Shown piece by piece: positions 48,818 through 61,683 of a DNA stretch of 64,000 nt (positions are counted from its first letter, which is position 1; each line of letters begins with the position of its first letter). Under the pieces are notes generated by a model. The model saw only the letters and a list, made by a program, of their open reading frames with translations. It was not told the DNA's origin and ran no database searches. Source of the DNA: Eledone cirrhosa (taxonomy: Eukaryota); NCBI GenBank assembly GCA_964016885.1, contig OZ024745.1, positions 95,604,001 to 95,668,000 of the forward strand, read 5' to 3'. A program made the position numbers and the translations under genes.

Positions 48818-48915
48818 TATGCATGAACAACATTGTATACAAAGTAGCAAACTTTCAAAGCATCGAGGGGGGTTATGAAGTTCATGGAAAACAAAGCAAA
48901 ATCAGACACAAAAAT

Positions 48916-49012
48916 AGCTCAGCCGTTAGGTCCCAACTCTTTATACTCTTCAATATATATATATATCTATATACATATATATATACATATATATATATAC
49001 ATATATATATAC

Positions 49013-49109
<97 letters not shown>

Positions 49110-49116
49110 TATATAC

Positions 49117-49196
<80 letters not shown>

Positions 49197-49392
49197 CTAT
49201 ATATATTGAAGAGTATAAAAAGTTGGGACCTAATGGCTGAGCTCTTGTCGTTTTAACAGCTAGTCTGGAACTTGCTGTTGAAACAGCATGAGCTCAGCCG
49301 TCGGGTCCTGACTCTTTATAATATAGCCATACTCTACCACCCCAAATATCGAGTACTCTGTTCAGTCATGGTCTAACTAGTTTTAAACTGGT
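48916..49392. mobile_element. Penelope-like inverted fragments around a ~250-bp (TA)n, with hammerhead 3' half
   Basis: 48916-48953 is inverted against 49206-49243. A second fold-back is centred ~49267 with GAAACAGCATGAGCTCAGCCGTC. The tail is homologous to 26860-26916. Confidence 0.6.
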
Positions 49393-49434
49393 TATATATA
49401 TATATGTATTTATATATATATATATATATATATA

Positions 49435-50428
49435 TCTGTATATATATAAAATTAAGTATGTGTGTGTGTCTGTGTATTACCTATAGGGACTACATCTTAC
49501 GACCGATTTTAATGAAACTTTACAGGCTCATAGATTAGTCATCAGGGAGTGTTTTCTATATATCAGCGTATCGTTATTTTTTTATTCCGGGGTCATTCTG
49601 CAGATAAAAATCGATAGGGGATCACCTTTTTTTAGGTATCGAAAAATAGGATTTTTGGCTCTAGCTCCCACATTTTGCCGCCGATTTCATTCAAATTTTA
49701 AAGCAAAATAGAATTTATCATTGCACATCCTGTAATGGCTTTATATTTTGCATTTGTTGTTCAGGGACGGCGTGGCAGCCACTTAAATATTCAAAATTAC
49801 CACTTTTAGACTCAAATTTCCAGCTCCCACATTAATCAACCTACTTTGTTCAAATTTTACACTACGCTAGATCTGATTATTACACGTCTTAAAGTGGCTT
49901 TACATTTTGGATATTTTGTTCAGGAACGGCGTGGCAGCCGCTTAAATATTCGAAAATACTACCTTTTCGCTCAAATTTCCGCCTTTTCGGCTCTAGCTCC
50001 CACATTTTTCAACCGATTTCGTTCAAATTTGCAACTTCGGCTCCACCTCACACATAAAGCAATTTATTCGGTTCAACTTTTATACTACGATAGAACCTAT
50101 CATTGCACATCTTATAGATGGTCAAAGGCAAAACGATGGCTACTGACGTGGTCTGAGCTTTTAGTTGTGTATTTGAGAATTCATCGGTTTCCAATCAAGT
50201 AGCGTGAGGAAATTTGGCTTAGTGTTAGAGGTCATTACCTCCCTCCTCCAGTATGCCCCTTCGTCAGTCACCTGTGTTTCTCAGTGATAGAGATCATCAC
50301 CCCCCTCCCCCGCATGGCCTGTGTGTGGCCATAGATGAGTCATTGAGAAGCAGTCGCTAAGATCAACACCTTTTCATCAAAGCAGATATTATTTTACCTA
50401 CCCAGGCAACGCTGGGTACGACTGCTAG
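49435..50428 (+). mobile_element. Non-autonomous Helitron (same family as 42174-43118) with a distinct internal segment
   Basis: A|TC start, ACCCAGGCAACGCTGGGT hairpin, CTAG|T end. Confidence 0.85.
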
Positions 50429-50597
50429 TATATATATATATCCAGGGAGTGTAACTTGGAGTTACTGTAGGTTCACCTGGGTGAGCACTCGATGTTTAGG
50501 TTCACTTCAGTGTCGAGGTGTAGAGCTATACAGAGTTTATTATAGTGAAATAAGATAGCAAGGACGATTGGTTACTCCTTCATTACATTTATTGGTT

Positions 50598-50682
50598 GGT
50601 GACGCGCGTTTCGCCACTGACCAGCTCAAGGTTCAATCTGTATCGATCTGACCTGACTCTGTAATCCGCGGCTCGTCAGACC
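50598..50682 (-). ncRNA. Type I hammerhead ribozyme with intact core and extended stem II
   Basis: Minus strand: GGT-CTGACGA-GCCGC...GTGGC-GAAA-CGCGC-GTC-ACC, with palindromic stem III ACGCGCGT and AATAAA 4 nt downstream. Confidence 0.75.
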
Positions 50683-50743
50683 CCTTGTAATGTTAATGGA
50701 ATAATGAATACATGCTGTTCATTCTTCCATTAACATTACAAAG

Positions 50744-50828
50744 GGTCTGATGAGCCGCGGATTACAGAGTCAGGTCAGATCGATACAGATCGAACCTTGA
50801 GCTGGTCAGTGGCAAAATGCGCGTCACC
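50744..50828 (+). ncRNA. Hammerhead copy with damaged GAAA (AAAAT)
   Basis: GGT-CTGATGA-GCCGC...GTGGC-AAAA-TGCGC-GTC-ACC; the changes are CpG-type transitions. Confidence 0.55.
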
Positions 50829-50961
50829 AACCAATAAACGTAATGAAGGGGCAACCAATCGTCCTTGCTATCTTATTTAACTATATATATTTGCCACACA
50901 AATCGGAAATTAAGTTTTGCTTATTTCTACCCGCTGAAATTCACTTCTCGCTGAATTTATA

Positions 50962-51758
<797 letters not shown>

Positions 51759-51768
51759 ATATATATAT

Positions 51769-52159
51769 AAAGGCTCATGGCTTAGTGGTTAGAGAATTGG
51801 GCTTGCAAACGAGAGGTTGTGAGTTCAAATCTCAGACCGAGTGATGTGTTGTTTCCTTGAGCAAGACACTTTATTTCAAATTGCTCCAGTTTACTCAGCT
51901 GTAGAAATGAGATGATAGGACTGGGGTCCCTATCATTCCACTGCAAAGTTGACGTGGAGGCGCCACAGAAAAAAAGCACCCACCACTCACTGTAAATGAG
52001 GTTGGTGTTAGGAAGGGCATCCAGCTGTAGAAATCAACCTAGAATCAGTTCCCATATGAGCAAGACAAGGTAAGCCGACCAGACTCTGCCCACAACAGGA
52101 CAACCCGTCTAACCCATGCTAGCGTGGAAGAACGGACGTAAAACGGTGATGATGATGAT
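51769..52159 (+). mobile_element. tRNA/CORE SINE with the longer RTE subfamily B tail
   Basis: Head and CORE as in 1822; tail ends CCCGTCTAACCCATGCTAGCGTGGAAGAACGGACGTAAAACGG(TGA)n as in 46890. Confidence 0.85.
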
Positions 52160-52272
52160 ATTAATCAATGTGTTTTATGTTTAATCATGGTTAGAATCAG
52201 TTGCACAGTAACTGGATAAGCACTCAATACATGGACAGAATATGGAATAGATTTTTCAATGACAATATATAT

Positions 52273-52987
52273 ATCATCATCATCATCAACGTTTAACGTC
52301 CGTGTTCCACGCTTGCATGGGTTTGGACGGGGGTAGTCCCACTTGAGGCATAGGACTGTCTGGCAGGTTTTCTACAGTTGGATGCCCTTCCTAACACCAA
52401 CCACATTTACAGTGTGGGTCTGGGAGGTTTTTACCGTGTTGCCTACACGGCCACATTACAGCGTGGACTGTGTGTTTTTTTGTCGTGACACCTACACGAT
52501 CTCATTTGTTTCGGCCTGGATGGCGCGGCACCAACATAACTTTACATAGAACGGGGTGGTGTGGATGGGGTGGGGGTGGTGGTGGTGGGACGGGGTGTAT
52601 TTTGTTAGAGATGCCTACTGGCTGGAGTAGGTTTTACTATATATTTAGGTAAGGCGGGTCTTCTCTGTTACTGAGTACCGCCAAAGGTCTCGGTCCAGTG
52701 ACATTGTCTTGGAGAGGTGTAAGTGTGTGATGTCGAAGTTTATCAGCTCGTCCCAGGTTTTTCTAGGTCTGCCTATTCCGTGACTACCGTCTATCTTTAT
52801 TGCCCTGCACTTTGTTATACAGCTATCGTCCTTCATGCGCATCACGTGACCATACCAACGTAGCCTTCTCTCGAGTAAACAACATCTGATCCCTCTTATC
52901 TCTAATTTTTTCCTTAGTTCGTTTATGCTTTGCCGTTCACGTATATTACTGTTACACATCCAGCGGAGCATGCAAGCTTTGTTCCTC
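52273..52987 (-). mobile_element. 5'-truncated RTE copy, inverted relative to 51084-51758
   Basis: Reverse complement of ~17175-17910, with a ~20-bp deletion in the 3' UTR. Confidence 0.92.
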
Positions 52988-53248
52988 TCATATATATATT
53001 AAATTCACTATTACAACGAAGGCACAACATAGAGAAATGGTGGGACACATGTTTCGCCGAGTGAACTCAACTTATTCAACCAACAGTGTTTCACCAAGGG
53101 AGAAGACTTCCAAGGCCTGAGTGTTCTGCATATTGGATATCTTTACCAAATTTATTATTACATTATGTGTGTCTTTGGGAGATAAGGGTCTAATGATTGT
53201 TGCAAAAACTGAATTTCTTGGTTGTGTTAATAGAAAATATATATATAT

Positions 53249-53590
53249 ATGGAGGCACATGGCTCAGTGGTTAGAGCATTGGCCTTGCAATTGAAAGGTT
53301 GTGAGTTCAATTCTCAGACCGAGTGATGTGTTGTTTCCTTGAGCAAGACACTTTATTTCACATTGCTCCAGTTTACTCAGCTGTAGAAATGAGATGATAG
53401 GACTGGGGTCCCTATCATTCCACTGTAAAGTGGTCGTGGAGGTGCCACGGCAAAAAAGCACCCAGCACTCACTGTAAATGAGGTTGGTGTTAGGAAGGGC
53501 ATCCAGCTGTAGAAATCAAGCCAGAATCAATTCCCGTCCCACCCTTGCAAGCAGGGAAAAGCGGACGTAAAATGATGATGATGATGATGA
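53249..53590 (+). mobile_element. tRNA/CORE SINE with RTE tail
   Basis: Family match. Confidence 0.9.
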
Positions 53591-54772
53591 TATATATCAT
53601 CTTCACCAAAACCGTTTAATGTCCATTTTCCACGCTAGCATGGGTTAGATGGTTGTCCTATTTGAGGCAAGTCGAGGTCAGATGACCATGTTCTTCTCGT
53701 GTGTGTGTGTTTTAAGCATATGTATGATTTGCTAACGATTTGAAGTTTCTCTTATCTGCAAAAATTGAAAGGTTAAACAAGGTTGTAGTTTAGAGCAATC
53801 TTTAGCTAAGCCAATATGGAATGTTTTATCTACTGTTTAGTTTGACATAATTTAATTAACCTTTGTTATGTCTACACCTAACTAGGTATTACATGTGCTG
53901 TTTAACAAGCATTTTTCTTTCTTACTGTATTATTAAATACATCCTATGTATGACTTCTGTATACATAACCATGCTGTTATTAATTCCTAGTCATTAAAAT
54001 TGTACAATTGTGTAGTTTTAATTACATTTCTAACAGTTTGTTTACCTTATCTAAATGAAGCAAAGAGCTGCTTAAATTCAACAGAAAGAAGGTGAAGTAA
54101 ATGGTCTTACACAAACTTCTTATGAGAGATGAATCTTATTTATTGGTCCTTGGGTCTAGCTTTCAAAGTTCCTATAATTTATCCAGGGAATCTATTTCTA
54201 TGGCAAGACTAACTATAAGAATATTAACTCTTAATATCCTGTAATAATTGAACAGAAAATGTCTAAAAATAGACTTGTTTATTCAAATGTTTATAGTGTT
54301 TTTACGTGGAGACAAACTGTTATGAAAATTGCAGTATTGCATGAAGGACTTTGATTTTTAATGCAATGTAGTCATTTGTACTAAAACTAACGTTATAAAT
54401 GCATGGTTTCTGGCTAAATACATAATAGTTAATAGAAAAGGTACACTAAAGAAGATAAAGAAAATAAATGTTAATAATAAATTAAATGCAATTACAAATA
54501 ATCTGCCTTACATATATCACAAAATATTTCTAAAAGCAATAAAGTCTTATAAACTATTAAATCATCCATCAAATTTTCAATATTTGTCAAGATCATAAAA
54601 TGCTCCATAGCCATGTTTAACAGAAAAGTATGCACGGAAAACTTCAGAAAAAAATTGGTAAAATTCAGTAACATGTAGATGGATGTTGAATGTGAAAATT
54701 ATAATGGGCAATAGAGGAAATAATTAGAGTTTTCTCCCTTACATTAGAGACTTCCTGATTTCCTTTAAAACT

Positions 54773-54917
54773 AATGGTTTCTTATATAGGCATAAGGAGG
54801 GAGGGGGTCGATCGATTAAATTGCCCCCCAGTACGCTACTGGTGCTTTATTTTATCTACCCCGTAAGGATTAAAGGCAAAGTTAACCTCAGCGGGATTCG
54901 AACTCAGATCATAAAGG
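54773..54917 (-). mobile_element. Second-family SINE, truncated, with 21-bp TSD
   Basis: GATTTCCTTTAAAACTAATGG on both sides. Confidence 0.75.
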
Positions 54918-56097
54918 ATTTCCTTTAAAACTAATGGAAATATTAGAGAAATTCTATATGATTCTGAGTTGTCTTACTGTTTGTTGTCTTGGAGTAGTGT
55001 CATATAAGACATTAAGAGTTAAACATATAGTATATGATGTTCATATTTAACTTTTCTTTTAACTGATCTATTTTTTCAGCAGTAGTAACAATAAACTTTA
55101 GTCTAAGTAAATAAAAACAAATATTTCATAGTTAGATTGTTCTTCTTAACACTAATAATTCTCAAAAATATAGAGAGAGAGAGGAGATTGTTAAGAGAAA
55201 ATTTGCTTCTGTATCAAGAGATAAAGTGTTAATATAAAAGGATATCTGGCTGACTTTTATATCTTGTCTGCACAATGAAATCCAAATCCTAAATAAGTAT
55301 TTGCCCATATAACTCTGAGCATAGGTCCATTTGATATAATAACCACTTAGCTGGAACAAATTTTAGGATGGTACAATATTTCAGCAAAATATTGTAAGGA
55401 TACAATAGATTACCAGTTATCACTCCTCCATATATCTAATCCTAAGAAAAAAACATTAAAAAAGAAAGGGATTACTAAACAGTAGTGATTTGAAGATAAT
55501 GATGACAAAGAACTGTTGATTTTGTGTGAGAAATATATATCAAATGTGGATTGCAGTTATTGATTGATTAGCTATCAAATTCTGGACTGAAACAGAAAAA
55601 TCAATACTGACTTCACATTTGTGTTGGAAATAATATTTCTATTAATATTTCACTCTCACATATCTCGCTTCTACCATAAAGTTACTTTGTTCTAAACAAA
55701 AGTTACTTCTAGCCAAAATTCAAACTCTTGCTCTTTCTATATCCACTATTATGAAAATATTTGTTTTGTTCTAAACTAGATGCACAATATATTACTTGTA
55801 ATTATTTCAAGACAACAAAGATTAAAAATATACTTATACTTTACTTGAATAATGAATACTAATTTTGTTTCATTCTTGGTGAAATGCTTAAAAATTGCAC
55901 TTCACAATCATAATATTCTGGATTTAATCCCATTGCATGGCATCTCAGGCAAGAGACATTTATCTTAGCTTCAAGTGGACCCAATTCATGTCAGTGAACC
56001 AGAATCTATGGAAACTGTTTGGATGCCCATCAGATAGATTGTACCTGTAATTTAAATGGCCAGTCTTGTCAAACACTGTATTACACTGAAACTTATA

Positions 56098-56326
56098 TTA
56101 ATCCTTTAGCATTTACATTACTCTATATTTACTATTATATCTTCATGGTAAAGGCTTTACCTCATACAATTATTTCACATAATATTGAATCTATGAGATT
56201 TTGATATTATTCATTTTGAGAACAATACCTTAACATCAGTATGAGTGGCTGGTTACAGCCGGTTTGAACGGAAAGAGGTGAAAGAATTCTGGCCAGATAT
56301 GGCCAGTTTAAATGCTAAAGGGTTAA
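56098..56326 (+). mobile_element. TTAA MITE
   Basis: Family match. Confidence 0.82.
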
Positions 56327-56792
56327 GGTGCTATTTGACTGCTCCATTGATTAAACAGCTGGAATACTCAGCATCAAAACCAGTAGAGGCCCATCCCATG
56401 TGTAATCACAAAGACCATGTATTTTGAAAAAAGGAGGTAGATAATAGGAAGTTGTGTCATTTTCTCTTTTCTGAAGTTATTATCAACATAAGTGAATTGA
56501 AACCAGGAATTAAAACTAGAATCCACAAGTGAAATAAAAAGCAGAAACAGTTTACCAATTTACAGTTTGATATATTATCTTAGTTATCAATAAATATATT
56601 AATGATAAACAAAAACATCAATTATGTGATTGTGGTCTTGAAATAGATGGAATAATAATAGGTTAATACAATTTTGTATTTTATAAATATATATACTTTT
56701 ATTCTTTTACTGGTTTTAGTGATTAGACTGCTGCAATATTTTGTACAGTCTTGATGAATTTAAACAGTTCCATCAGTTATGTATTGTGAAAT

Positions 56793-56977
56793 AACTGTTT
56801 CTATTTTTGGCACAAGACCAGCAATTATTCTAGTATATTACTGGTACTTTATTTTATCGACCCCGTAAGGATGAAAGGCAAAGTTAACCTCGGCGGGATT
56901 TGAACTCAGATCGTAAAGGGACATAACTATGCTGGAAAGCATGTCCGACACTCTACCGATACTGCCAATTCACCGCA
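56793..56977 (-). mobile_element. Second-family SINE with TSD
   Basis: TATGTATTGTGAAATAA direct repeats. Confidence 0.85.
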
Positions 56978-58692
56978 CTTGTATGTATTGTGAAATAACA
57001 CCAACTTTTACATAAACAGAGACAGGGACACGGTCATAAATGCACACACACATGTATACTCACACGCAAGCATATATATACATATTATATCTTGTCAACA
57101 TGATTTCATGTTCATTGATGGTGTATATATCCAGACCCGTCAACTCTCCCCGTAGGACGAGGGGATCTCCCACCCAGGGGTGGGTGAGGATTGACTTCTC
57201 TTATGAAAATGGGTATAGCTTTCATTATATAAAATCTCCCCATTTTGCCTTTTTTTCATGGGTGTCTTTATTTTTGTTCACATCTTTTATACCTGGCACC
57301 AATTATCCATTTACATCATATGTCCAGACAAAATTGTTTACAGCACTTTCAAAATATTTAGTAAATATATGCAAAGAAATTAAGCCTTTAGCCATCTCAA
57401 CATAAAAAAATAATCACAACAGCAATTACTATTCCTTGCCTAAGGCAAATGACAATTTAAAGTAATTTCAATGGTAAAAAAACATTGAGAAATAGTTTAT
57501 TTCTTATTGATATTATTCTTTATTTATATTATTCCCTTAAAACAAGTGAACAGTTATTGAAGATGATGAACAAATTGAATTGCATAAGAAAGAACTTTAC
57601 AATTACATCTCATCTAATATAGCATTAATGTGCCCTAAAAGGAAAACCTTCTATAGTTTCCTTTGACTATATCTTCTCTAGTGTTTCCTAATCAATAGCA
57701 ATTAACCAGTGGCAGCTAATGACCTGTTAGGTACTCCAATAAATTTGAATATGATCGAAACAGATAAATAAGAATATATCAATTAGCATTGAAAGAAGGG
57801 AAATACTCCACAAAAATCAGTTTGAAAAAATGTCAAATAAATTTTGTTCAGAGAAGACATCAGGCAAAATTACATTAGCAAGAGAAAGTTTGACTAACTA
57901 TTTGAATAGTCATATAATTGAAAAATTAAGCTATTAAAGTGAAGTAACTGAGATATTACGAAATTCCAATAAAAAGAAATTTTGTATATGAAGGCAAGCA
58001 TGTAGCCATAAAATATTCTTGGTGAAAAGGCAAAGATTTCATTAAAGAGCATGCAAGATTCATCATAGGGAGAACATAATATTTATTGGTATGCCTATGA
58101 GGTTCAATGACTGTGGGGTTAAAATACAGGATTACCGACTATTGTAAATTTAGTAAAATTTGAACTCCCGAATTTATATCCCTGAACAGGAATCTTCTAA
58201 TGCCTTTGTTAACAATGTAAGAAAGGATTAACTAGATGTCAGTAATGGTCAATTTGAAGAGAAAGGAAATCAAAAGAATAAAATTCATTGGCTATTTCAG
58301 AACATTAAATTATACCAGGAACAGGTAGTGTATAAAATTTTCTTTCAATTTTCTTTCTTCTTCCTTCTTGTGGGAGTAATTGATTTCATGTAAAAACAAA
58401 TTTGTTAAGAAAATGGCAGAGACCCAGCATGACCACAACCCATTGGCCAGAACCAATAAAACAATAAAAGAGATAGATTACATAACGGCATAATTGCTGA
58501 GGAGTTAATTGACTATTCAACCATTTTTTTAGATATTGCCTTGTAGGTTTTGGCAATTTACCTAGTGGTAAAAAGAAAGTATTATGGTGATGAGGAGGAT
58601 AACAGCTTACCATAACTGATCAGAGAAACTTATTGTGATGATATCTAAGGTTCTGAGACTTTGCTATATTGTATTGGCAATAATATTTCAGC

Positions 58693-58908
58693 TTAACCCT
58701 TTAGCATTTAAACTGGCCATATCCGGCCAGAATTCTCTCACCTTTTTCAGTTCAAACAAGCCATAACTGGCCACTCATGCTGATGTTAAGGTATTATTCT
58801 CAAAATAAATAATATCAAAATCTCATAGATTCAATATTATGTGAGATAAAGCCTTTACTGCGAAAATACAATAGTATATATAGAGTAATTTAAATGCTAA
58901 AGGGTTAA
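58693..58908 (-). mobile_element. TTAA MITE
   Basis: TTAACCCTTTAGCATTTAAA ... TTTAAATGCTAAAGGGTTAA. Confidence 0.85.
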
Positions 58909-60056
58909 TATGTTTATTTAAATGCAATTGCAAGTGAAGTTGCAAATAGTTTTCACAAAAAAGTAACGTGACTTATCTGCAGGTGAAAGGCTGAAGCTAA
59001 ATATTATAACTCAAATAGGTTATAAACTATCTACTGGTGCTACTTATATACAAGTAAATGTTTGTTATATTGCATATGTATACCTACAGCAGAGATTGTA
59101 GGAAGTAAAGTCAAACTAAATACATCAGTATTTTCTCATAATTGTTGATATGAAGTAATCAGCAAATAAAATTTACATTGGTAGCAATGAAACATGTTTT
59201 GTTTATTTTGGTGTTTTTATGTAAGGTGACTTCATACAATAAATTCATGCTATCAACATACAGTATTAGCATAATTTATTACCCATAGAATTACATGCAA
59301 AACACTGGATGGAGTGGTTTAAAATATTTTAGTTTTTTGGTTTTTTTTCACTTTCTGAAAATTTAAAATAATGTTTCAATTTATTAAGATTCTGATTCTC
59401 AGAAAAATATTTCTTTTAATTAAAATTTGCTTTTTAATGATTAACACTTATTTGCTAGATCTTGAATGTCTCACATGTCCATAACAAAATTCTAAAGACC
59501 ATTTTTAAAAACAAAATGCATAATAAAAAATATCTGATAACTTTTAAAAATTCTACACTTAAACAATAAATACTGTTTTCTGTGGCATGACCATATGTGC
59601 CCTTACTGTACAAACTGAATAGTAAAATTGAGTTTAATTACTCCACCATTTTGGATAATTTCCTACACAAAAAGGCAGGGCCAGTTATAGGACAATTGAG
59701 ACTCTTTGCTAGTTAAGTTATGAGGTCCCTTTAAATGTTTGACATTTCAAAAATTCATCATAAAAAATATTTCGGGCAGGAAGATGCCCCCAACCCCCAA
59801 GAGGCCTACTGATCCAACAAGTTACAAAATGTGATAAGAATTATTTATTAAATAAGAATAAAGTGATGCACATCAAAGAAATTTCCATTGATAAATATTT
59901 TGTAAAATTCTTCAAATGAAAATATATCAGATTTACAATAAATATATATGTAAATGTGTAAAGACTGTTATGTTCTGAGGAATGCAATACAACACCTTAG
60001 AACAAGAGGTTTTGATATCACATCCACTTCACTATAGAATGTTCTGTTTAGAAAAT

Positions 60057-60243
60057 AATTATTTCTACTTTTGGCACAAGGCCAGCAATTATCCTAGTGC
60101 ATTACTGGTACTTTCTTTTCTCGACTCTGTAAGGATGAGGTAAAGTTGACCTCGGTGGGATTTGAACTCAGACCGTAAAGGGGCGTAACTCTATGCTGCA
60201 AAGCATGGCGTCCGACTCTCTACCGGTACTGCCAATTCACCGC
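60057..60243 (-). mobile_element. Second-family SINE
   Basis: Family match; degenerate TSD CTGYTTAGRAAATA. Confidence 0.8.
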
Positions 60244-61060
60244 CTGCTTAGGAAATATGACATAGTTTGTGATTACTTAGGAATGTGAATTTTTATTCAG
60301 AAATATTATTATCTTTTGTATCTTTTTGCTTGAAATTTCAAATTAATAAAACAAATATTTACTTAAAATTACCATAAATCTGACTTACATAGCTAATAAC
60401 TTTGGTAATATCCATATATATGAACACGTACTTCATTAAAAGTTATATGAATATTTGTTCCTCCTTCTAAATCATATGTTACATTTTGAGCAACCCTTTT
60501 GATTTTGGTACGATAGATAAAAATATTGCAAAACTATTTTTTTTTTTATTATGCAAAGATAAATCAATATATATGATCATATTTTTCTTATTCAGAACAT
60601 TTAATGATGAGTTAGTAGCAAGAAAATGTCTTATATTCTCATTTACTAATTTCTTTCAACAATCTTACAAATTCTTCCAATAGTTCATCATATAAAGTGA
60701 TATTCTTTTATCTTCACCTTTTTTTAAACCAGAGTATTTTACCCCAGACATTCTAAACAATATAGCCTGCATATGGAGTTGACAAATAGATTACACTTTA
60801 CCATCAATATGGCACAGGAGATAACAGACAATGAGCTTAAGACAAAGAAGAACAAAATGTAGGAAGTTAATTTGAAGAAATGTACCAATAGAAGAACTAC
60901 GAATTATAAAACAATGGAACAATCAATATACAAGTTCAAAATGGAAATTACACCAAATTACAGGGGGGAACAAGATGAAAATCATTGCTAAATGTAACTT
61001 TGAATCATTTGAATGAAACCCCCCTCTCTCTCTCTCTCTCTCTGTATACACACACATATA

Positions 61061-61126
<66 letters not shown>

Positions 61127-61161
61127 CATATATATATGTATGCATATATATATATATATAT

Positions 61162-61192
<31 letters not shown>

Positions 61193-61194
61193 CT

Positions 61195-61523
61195 ATCATC
61201 ATCATCATCATCATTTTACGTCCGCTTTTTCCCTGCTTGCAAGGGTGGGACGGGAACTGATTCTGGCTTGATTTCTACAGCTGGATGCTCTTCCTAACAC
61301 CAACCTCATTTACAGTGAGTGCTGGGTGCTTTTTTGCCATGGCACCTCCACGACCACTTTGCAGTGGAATGATAGGGACCCCAGTCCTTATCATCTCATT
61401 TCTACAGCTGAGTAAACTGGAGCAATGTGAAATAAAGTGTCTTGCTCAAGGAAACAACACATCACCCGGTCTGAGAATTGAACTCACAACCTTTCGATTG
61501 CAAGGCCAATGCTCTAACCACTA
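61195..61523 (-). mobile_element. tRNA/CORE SINE with RTE tail
   Basis: Family match. Confidence 0.9.
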
Positions 61524-61652
61524 ATTGGCATTGCAATCAAAAGGTTGTATTATGTATATATATATATATACATATATATATATAATACCATCTTTATCAT
61601 CATCATCATCATCGTTTAACGTCCATCTTCCATGCTAGCATGGGTTAGACGG

Positions 61653-61679
<27 letters not shown>

Positions 61680-61683
<4 letters not shown>

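Larger units (their letters stand above)
50441..50885. mobile_element. Palindromic hammerhead-bearing element (Penelope pLTR/retrozyme-like) in (TA)n
   Basis: Inverted arms 50541-~50710 and ~50716-50885, plus a one-sided tail 50441-50540. Confidence 0.8.
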
